From: Candidatus Tectimicrobiota bacterium
GTDB lineage: Bacteria > JACPUC01
NCBI GenBank assembly: GCA_016192455.1
Contig: JACPUC010000012.1
Location: 1 to 64,000 of the forward strand
Reading direction: 5' to 3'
DNA: 64,000 bases
Below are positions 58,281 through 64,000 of this stretch, piece by piece. The translations under genes were made by a program, and so were the position numbers. Below the pieces are notes generated by a model. That model was not told the origin of the DNA, searched no databases, and saw nothing but the letters and a program-made list of their open reading frames with translations. Within the stretch, counting starts at the first letter, position 1. Each line of letters opens with the position of its first letter.

Positions 58281-59771
58281 CTACCCCCTCTCCACGTCGC
58301 GCAGCGCATCCTCCAGGAGGGTTACGGCAAGGCGGAGTTCGCGCGGACGCAGGTTCAGGGGCGGCAGCAAGCGCACGCCGCGACTGCCGCAGCCGAGGAG
58401 CAGGAGACCCCGCTGGAAGCAGGCCTGCACCATGGCTGCCCGCTCTGCTGCGCCCGGCAGGTCGAAGGCGAGCATGAGGCCGAGGCCGCGCACGTTGGTC
58501 ATGGCGGCGTGGCGTTCGGCCACCGCCTGGAGCGCGCTGCGCGCCTCCTGCCCCAGGATCTCGGCGTTGCCCATGAGCTGCTCGTCCTCAATCACCTCCA
58601 AGGTGCTCACCGCCACCGCGGTGGCGATCGGCCCGCCCGCCCAGGTGCTTGAGATCGCCCCGGGCTGGGACGGGAAATGCTGGCGCTTGCTGAGCACGGC
58701 CCCCACGCGCAGCCCCTTGGCGGCGGCGACGATGTCCGCCGCCACGCCGTGGTGCTCGATGGCCCAGAACCGCCCGCTGCGCCCCAGGCCGGTCTGCACC
58801 TCATCGGAGATGTAGAGGGCCTCGTGGCGGTGGGCGAAATCGGCCAGGCGCCGCAGGAACGCCGTCTCGCCGATGATGTAGCCCCCCTCTCCCTGCAGCG
58901 GCTCGGCGATGACGTAGGCGAGCAGGTCGCGCGGCGCCTTCTGCTGCTCGTAGATCACGCGCGCCGCCTCGCCCGCCTCGACGATGGCGGCGAGGTCGCG
59001 CTGATCGAGCAGCTTGTCGAAATCGAAGGCGACGTCGTTGTACGGCGCGAAGCGCACCCAAGGGATGGCGGCATAGCCTTCGCGCTGCACCGTGCGGCTG
59101 TTCGTGAGGCTGAGGGCCCCGAGGGTGCGGCCATGGAAGGCGCCGGACATGGCGATCCCGAACAGGGGGTAGTTCGTCCGCGCCTCGGTGAGGTACGGAT
59201 GCCAGGGCAGGTGGAGCTGCCGGCAGAGCTCCTCGAGGAGCGCCGCCGGCCAGCGCTGGCAAAGACGCTGCCAGCAGTGATGCATGGCGATCTTGACGGC
59301 GTTTTCCACCGCCTCGGCTCCGGAGTTCACGAAGAACGCCGTATCGAACCCGAACCCGCGGCTGAGATCGAAGAGCTTCTGCTGCAGGTGCCCCGCGGTG
59401 CGGAAGCGGCCCGCCTCCGCCGGCAGGCGCAGGGGACGGGGACGCGCCGGGTCCGGCCCCACCGCGAGGTAGAAGTCGTGGTCGGCGGTCTTGATGGGGT
59501 CGAAGGGGACGCCACATTCCGTGAGGATGCGCGGGTGGTTGTAGCCGAGCGGGGCGGAGGCGACGTGGGTGCAGCAATCGAGGAAGATGTTGCCGTCGGG
59601 ATCGCCGCAGAACGGCCCCTCGGCCCACTCGCTGACATCCCAGACGAACGGATAGACATACGTCGACGGGGCCGAGCCGGCCTCGAAGGCGGCAATCCAA
59701 CGCTGCGCCCGTGGACCCGGCAGGGACCCGGCAACGCGCACGCTGGCAGACTCGCGATGTGGACGATCCAT
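58281..59771 (-). CDS. Class III PLP aminotransferase (GABA/lysine-6-aminotransferase-like)
   Basis: DGN.FLD, NSGAEAVENAVK, AFHGRT, EPLQGEGG, DEVQTGLGRSG, AAKG, SSTW. Confidence 0.9.
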   Translation of the reverse strand: MDRPHRESASVRVAGSLPGPRAQRWIAAFEAGSAPSTYVYPFVWDVSEWAEGPFCGDPDGNIFLDCCTHVASAPLGYNHPRILTECGVPFDPIKTADHDFYLAVGPDPARPRPLRLPAEAGRFRTAGHLQQKLFDLSRGFGFDTAFFVNSGAEAVENAVKIAMHHCWQRLCQRWPAALLEELCRQLHLPWHPYLTEARTNYPLFGIAMSGAFHGRTLGALSLTNSRTVQREGYAAIPWVRFAPYNDVAFDFDKLLDQRDLAAIVEAGEAARVIYEQQKAPRDLLAYVIAEPLQGEGGYIIGETAFLRRLADFAHRHEALYISDEVQTGLGRSGRFWAIEHHGVAADIVAAAKGLRVGAVLSKRQHFPSQPGAISSTWAGGPIATAVAVSTLEVIEDEQLMGNAEILGQEARSALQAVAERHAAMTNVRGLGLMLAFDLPGAAERAAMVQACFQRGLLLLGCGSRGVRLLPPLNLRPRELRLAVTLLEDALRDVERG

Positions 59772-60075
59772 CTCTCTACCTCGGTCTCCTCGGTGCTTCC
59801 ACCTTGTGAATCCGTCCCCACCGCCTTGCCGAGGGCGCTCCCCGCCTCCGCCCCGCCTCGTCTGAGGCGAACACTCGCGGGCGAGGACGAGGGCAGGGGA
59901 TGAGAAGCGCAGCGAGGGCTGAGAAGCGATCCATCCGCTCCCACGGGGGCATCCGCACCCTGACGGCGCTGCCTATCCCTCAATGTAGCGCTGCTCTCCG
60001 GGCTTTGGTAGGGAGAACGAGGATTCTCCAGAGCGCACCGGTTTTCTGGTTCAGGAGAGGTTCTGTGTTAGGCGG

Positions 60076-60132
60076 GAAAAGAAAGCTCCCGGCACCCCTC
60101 TGCACAGGATCACCGTGTGGGTGCCGGGAGCT
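60076..60132 (-). terminator. Intrinsic terminator for the minus-strand HTH gene transcript
   Basis: 14-bp perfect stem agctcccggcaccc/gggtgccgggagct followed on the minus strand by ttcttttc. Confidence 0.65.
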
Positions 60133-60368
60133 ACACTCTGGAAGTTCGAGACCCGCAGTTACTGCGGCTCTTCACGGTTGGATGGGCGAGACGGCTCCTC
60201 CTCCCCTGCTGCACACCACCCGCTGCGGCAGGCGGGAACCGCGGAGCTCCCCGCTTCCCACCCAGGAGGCTCAGCCCCCGCCGGCAGGATGGCGCCGGCG
60301 GGACAATCCCCCACCGCAGCTTCCACCTTTACCTAAAACCGCGGGTCCCTGACACGCGATCCGCCATC

Positions 60369-60803
60369 CTACGCTACAACGGGCTCACGCCGTTCGCCGC
60401 GCACGGGGCGGACTGTCTGCCGCTCGGTCTGTTTCTCGCCCTTCACCCTCGCCGGCTTTCCCTCGGCCCCGCGCGCCTTCGCAAACTCACGGTACGACAT
60501 CCCGTACAGCTTGCGATGGACTTGACGAGCGTACTCCCGGGAGAACCCGAAGCGCCGGCCGATCTCCTGCAGCGACACCCCCTGCTCCACGAGCTCGCGG
60601 AACCGCTGCTCGGCGACCTCGCCGTACTTCTCGCGGAAGCGGCGGTGGAATTTCTCCGCCGGCCTGATGCTGAACCGGTTCCGCCAGCAGTTGACGGTGG
60701 TGGTCCCGACGTTCAACATTTGGGCGATCTCATGGTCGCAGAGCCCCCGGCGCTCGATGTTATCACGCAGGATCTTCTCTATGGTGTTCCGGTTGATCTT
60801 CAT
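60369..60803 (-). CDS. Small basic protein with two helix-turn-helix motifs (second one sigma70-region-4-like)
   Basis: LCDHEIAQMLNVGTTTVNCWR and SLQEIGRRFGFSREYARQVH; RBS GAGGT; GC3-rich codon use. Confidence 0.75.
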   Translation of the reverse strand: MKINRNTIEKILRDNIERRGLCDHEIAQMLNVGTTTVNCWRNRFSIRPAEKFHRRFREKYGEVAEQRFRELVEQGVSLQEIGRRFGFSREYARQVHRKLYGMSYREFAKARGAEGKPARVKGEKQTERQTVRPVRGERREPVVA

Positions 60804-61865
60804 GGCTTCACTACCTCACGCCTCCTCGCCAAGGCTCTCCCGTCCGCACCCGGCGCATCTTCCATGCAGCGCCGCTGGCGGCGGGAGCCCCAAGGAGGAA
60901 CCCTCTCCAAACCGCTGCCGCAAGCGCAAACCCCTCCAGGGCCTCCTTGACGAAACGCAGCTCGTCCCATCTCGACAAAGGTGAACCGCGCGCCCACGCG
61001 AAAGTCTCCCGGAAGTTCATGAACGCTTGCCAGTTCATCAGCTTACAGCGGCGCCTACACCCTCTTGCCACCGCACGGCTTGCTACCGTACAGATAGCGT
61101 GATTTCGCGGGGAATTCATCCCTTCCGTTTAATGAGACAACGAAAGCACAGAATAGTTGCAACCAAAACGCTCCCTTATACCCTTCGCTCGCGGTCACCG
61201 CACCCCCCAGTCCTTGGCTATATGTTGAACTTCAACGCCTTATCCAGATTCACCAGACCATTCGTGTGGCTTTCTCTCTACGATTCCTTAGCCTGATGAG
61301 ACAAAGTGTCCAGCACCGCTGGGGGCAGAAGGCCACAGGGAGAGCCAACTTGTCCTCAACCTAGGTGACCTGGAGGGGGCGGCGGCGGGGTATGACATGA
61401 GTCTTGCGTCAAGGGAAGCGCGCTCCGAGGAGCTTCGCCGGCACAGTGGCCCGCTCTAGCTCCGCGACCCACCTGGTGAACCGAGCACGGACTGCCGCGG
61501 CGGCCCCTGGAGCCGGCCTGGCAGAGTGCTTGCCCCTCGGCAGGCGGCGTTCCGTGACTGGCCCCGACTTGACCCGCTTCACCTTGACAGGGCAGAGGGA
61601 GAAATTTTGACTTTCACCAGCCAGGCATATTAGGTTGACTCCCCAAGAGACCAAGAGATTAAAGGTTGAAGAGGGGCCAAGCTTTACGAGAGGGGTCGGA
61701 ATGCCCTGCGTGGCGGAGCCGTGGGGCTGATCAGGGGTGGCGCGGAGCAGCAATCAGAGGCGGGTGCCGAGGTTGGCCGGCGCCTCGCGGGCTGGCGGGG
61801 AAAAGGCCTGGGGGCGGAGCCACCGATCGGCCGCGAGGCTTCTCTTCCAGCTCTGAGCGCAGGGC

Positions 61866-63335
61866 GTGGCGGAAACGAGGGAGGAGGAAACAGTGGGAAT
61901 CCGCACCGTTGAAGAGCACTTGCGCAGCCTCCGGGATGACCGCGTCGTCTTCTTCAAAGGCCAGCGCGTCTCGGACGTGACCTCGCATCCCGTGCTGGGG
62001 ATCGGCGCGCGGCACGCCTCCCTCGACTTCCAGCTTGCGGAAGACCCTGCATTCCAGCAGCTCATGACCTACATCGAGCCGGCCACAGGAGAGCGCTGCA
62101 GCCGTTTCTTCAAGCTCCCCGAGAGCGCCGAGGACCTGCTGCGGCGGCGGCTGATGATCGAGACCTCGACGCGCGAAGGCGCCGGCCTGGTGCTGCTGGT
62201 GAAGGAGATCGGCACCGATGCCCTCTTCGCCCTGCACGCCGTGGCGCGGCGCCTCGACGCGGCCTGCGGCACCTCGTACCGCGAGCGCGTCGCCGCCTAC
62301 CACGCCGCCTGCCGCGACCACGACTGGAGCATGGCGGTGGCGCAGTCCGACGTGAAAGGGGACCGCAGCCTGCGCCCCTCGCAGCAGGCGCATCCCGACT
62401 ACTACCTGCACATCGTCGAGGAGCGCCGCGACGGCATCGTGGTGCGCGGCGCCAAGGCGCACACCTCGCACGCCCCGTACGTGAACGAGATCATCGTCCT
62501 GCCGACGCGCGCCCTGGGGGAGGCCGACCGCGCCTACGCCGTGGCCTTCGCCGTGCCCGCCGCCACCCCCGGCCTGCGCTTCATCGGCAGTCCCTTCTCC
62601 GCGGCCGCCACCAGCACCTTCCACCACCCCCTGAGCGCCGAGCACAAGATGATCGAGACGGTGACGGTCTTCGATAACGTCCTCGTTCCCTGGGAGCGGG
62701 TCTTCATGAAGGGGGAGCACCAGTTCGCCGGCGACCTGGCGAACTCCTTCGTCGAGTACCACCGCTTCACCGCGGTCTCCTACAAGACCCCCTGGCTGGA
62801 GCTGATGCTGGGCGCGGCCGATCTGATGGCGGAGTACAACGGCATCGAGCGCGCCGCCCACGTGCGCGAGAAGCTCTCCGCGCTCGTCGGCTACCTGGAG
62901 GCGGTGCGCGCCCTCATCCAGCAGGCGGCGCTCGGCTGCCGCCCCACCGGCGCCGGTACGGTGGCGCCCGATTCGGTGCTGACGAACATCGCCAAGTGCT
63001 ACTTCGCCACCCACTACCACCAGATGGTGTCGTACGTGCAGGACATCGCCGGCGGCCTCCTGGTGACGGGTCCGTCCGAGGAGGATTGGCTGAACCCCGA
63101 GACGCACGCCGACCTCGAGCACTACCTCGGCGGCAAGGCCGGCGTCAGCACCGAGGCGCGCCTGCGCCTGCTGAACTTCATCCGCGACATGTGCGCCTCC
63201 GACTACGGCGGCTACCACGAAATCCTCAACCTCCACGCCGAGGGCGGCCTGGAGGCCCAGAAGATGACCATCCTGCGCAACTACGACCGCACCTTCTGCC
63301 GCGACGTGGTGAAGCGGTTCGCAAGGCTCGCGTGA
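61866..63335 (+). CDS. HpaB/PvcC/4-hydroxybutyryl-CoA dehydratase-fold flavoprotein
   Basis: SLRD.R.VF..G.RV.DVT.HP, AQSDVKGDRS, GIVVRGAK.H, FDNVLVPWERVF, DIAGG, LHAEG; start may be the GTG at 61893. Confidence 0.87.
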   Translation: MAETREEETVGIRTVEEHLRSLRDDRVVFFKGQRVSDVTSHPVLGIGARHASLDFQLAEDPAFQQLMTYIEPATGERCSRFFKLPESAEDLLRRRLMIETSTREGAGLVLLVKEIGTDALFALHAVARRLDAACGTSYRERVAAYHAACRDHDWSMAVAQSDVKGDRSLRPSQQAHPDYYLHIVEERRDGIVVRGAKAHTSHAPYVNEIIVLPTRALGEADRAYAVAFAVPAATPGLRFIGSPFSAAATSTFHHPLSAEHKMIETVTVFDNVLVPWERVFMKGEHQFAGDLANSFVEYHRFTAVSYKTPWLELMLGAADLMAEYNGIERAAHVREKLSALVGYLEAVRALIQQAALGCRPTGAGTVAPDSVLTNIAKCYFATHYHQMVSYVQDIAGGLLVTGPSEEDWLNPETHADLEHYLGGKAGVSTEARLRLLNFIRDMCASDYGGYHEILNLHAEGGLEAQKMTILRNYDRTFCRDVVKRFARLA

Positions 63336-63382
63336 GCGCCCGGCGTCTTGCGGCGTGCTCCGCCTCCAGGAAAGGTCAGCCG

Positions 63383-64000
63383 ATGCCCGACCCCTCTCCG
63401 GGCGCCCCGGCCCTGGCGCTCTTCCCGTACTACGAGCAGCTCGTCCCCTGGTTCGAGGAGGAGCTGGCCGGGATCACGGATGAGCAGCTCGACTTCACCA
63501 ACCCCGCGCAATGGTTCGCCGTCTGGAGCATCCGCCGGCAGGTGAGCCACGTCTGCTACGCGCACTTCTTCTGGAGCGGCATCCAATGGGGGAAGGTGCT
63601 GCGGGCCGACGACCCCGTGGACATCAAGGCTCACCTCGACCGCCGCTACGACCGCGTGCTGCGCGAGGACCGCTGGTGGGCCATCGCGGACCTGAAGACC
63701 AAGCTGCGCGACTGCGTCGGGCGCAGCCTGGCGCTGCTGCGGGGCGAGACCGTGGCGGGGGCGCAGGCGCGCGAGGTGTCGATGAAGATCCCCGCCGGCA
63801 CGCCGGTGGGGCTGGGCGACCGCGAGGACGTGCATACTTTTTGGCAGCGCTACGCCGCCTATCACCGGCGCGGCATCCGCCGCGATGCCGACGACCCGGA
63901 GAGCTGGCGCTTCAGCCTCGAGATGAGCATGCGCCACATCCTCTGGGAGGGGACGACGCACCTCTACGCCATCCAGCTCATCAAGAAGGAGCTCGGCCTG
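63383..64000 (+). CDS. DinB-superfamily protein (runs off the window end)
   Basis: Own translation, not in the ORF track: MPDPSPGAPALALFPYYEQL...GITDEQLDF...WSIRRQVSHV...MRHILWEGTTHLYAIQ; W-S-I...H and H-x7-H DinB-like pattern. Confidence 0.72.
   Translation, partial: MPDPSPGAPALALFPYYEQLVPWFEEELAGITDEQLDFTNPAQWFAVWSIRRQVSHVCYAHFFWSGIQWGKVLRADDPVDIKAHLDRRYDRVLREDRWWAIADLKTKLRDCVGRSLALLRGETVAGAQAREVSMKIPAGTPVGLGDREDVHTFWQRYAAYHRRGIRRDADDPESWRFSLEMSMRHILWEGTTHLYAIQLIKKELGL

Noticed and set aside
60800..60997. 65-aa ORF overlapping the HTH gene start (ATGA)
   Set aside because: No convincing RBS, codon bias or protein-like composition

Overview
High-GC (about 70% by eye) chromosomal segment from a diderm bacterium. 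The gene order (dprA-topA-xerC-hslVU-argBDFG; tgt-yajC-secDF; rpsF-ssb-rpsR-yybS-rplI-dnaB; TPR-lolB-like-ispE-tRNA-Gln-prs-rplY-pth) resembles Desulfobacterota/Nitrospinota/Tectomicrobia-type genomes, but taxonomy cannot be fixed from this window. Most of it is housekeeping. Notable exceptions: (1) a citryl-CoA synthetase-like/citryl-CoA lyase triad (ccsA-ccsB-ccl-like) within 11 kb of icd and mdh, next to a nitrilase and a cyclase; (2) a three-gene MlaEFD system whose MlaD has a long helical stalk and a C-terminal beta-barrel-like domain; (3) a plsC-type acyltransferase apparently split by a T9 homopolymer frameshift; (4) an unusual class III aminotransferase plus aldehyde dehydrogenase pair; (5) an orphan tandem-HTH protein in about 1.6 kb of non-coding DNA, divergent from an HpaB/4-hydroxybutyryl-CoA-dehydratase-fold enzyme and a DinB gene; (6) small DNA elements: two GTAG-type REP palindromes, a roughly 200-bp MITE-like insertion and a recent 144-bp duplication in topA. 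No CRISPR array, rRNA or transposase was seen. All calls come from motif recognition; no database searches were run, and start codons are best estimates.
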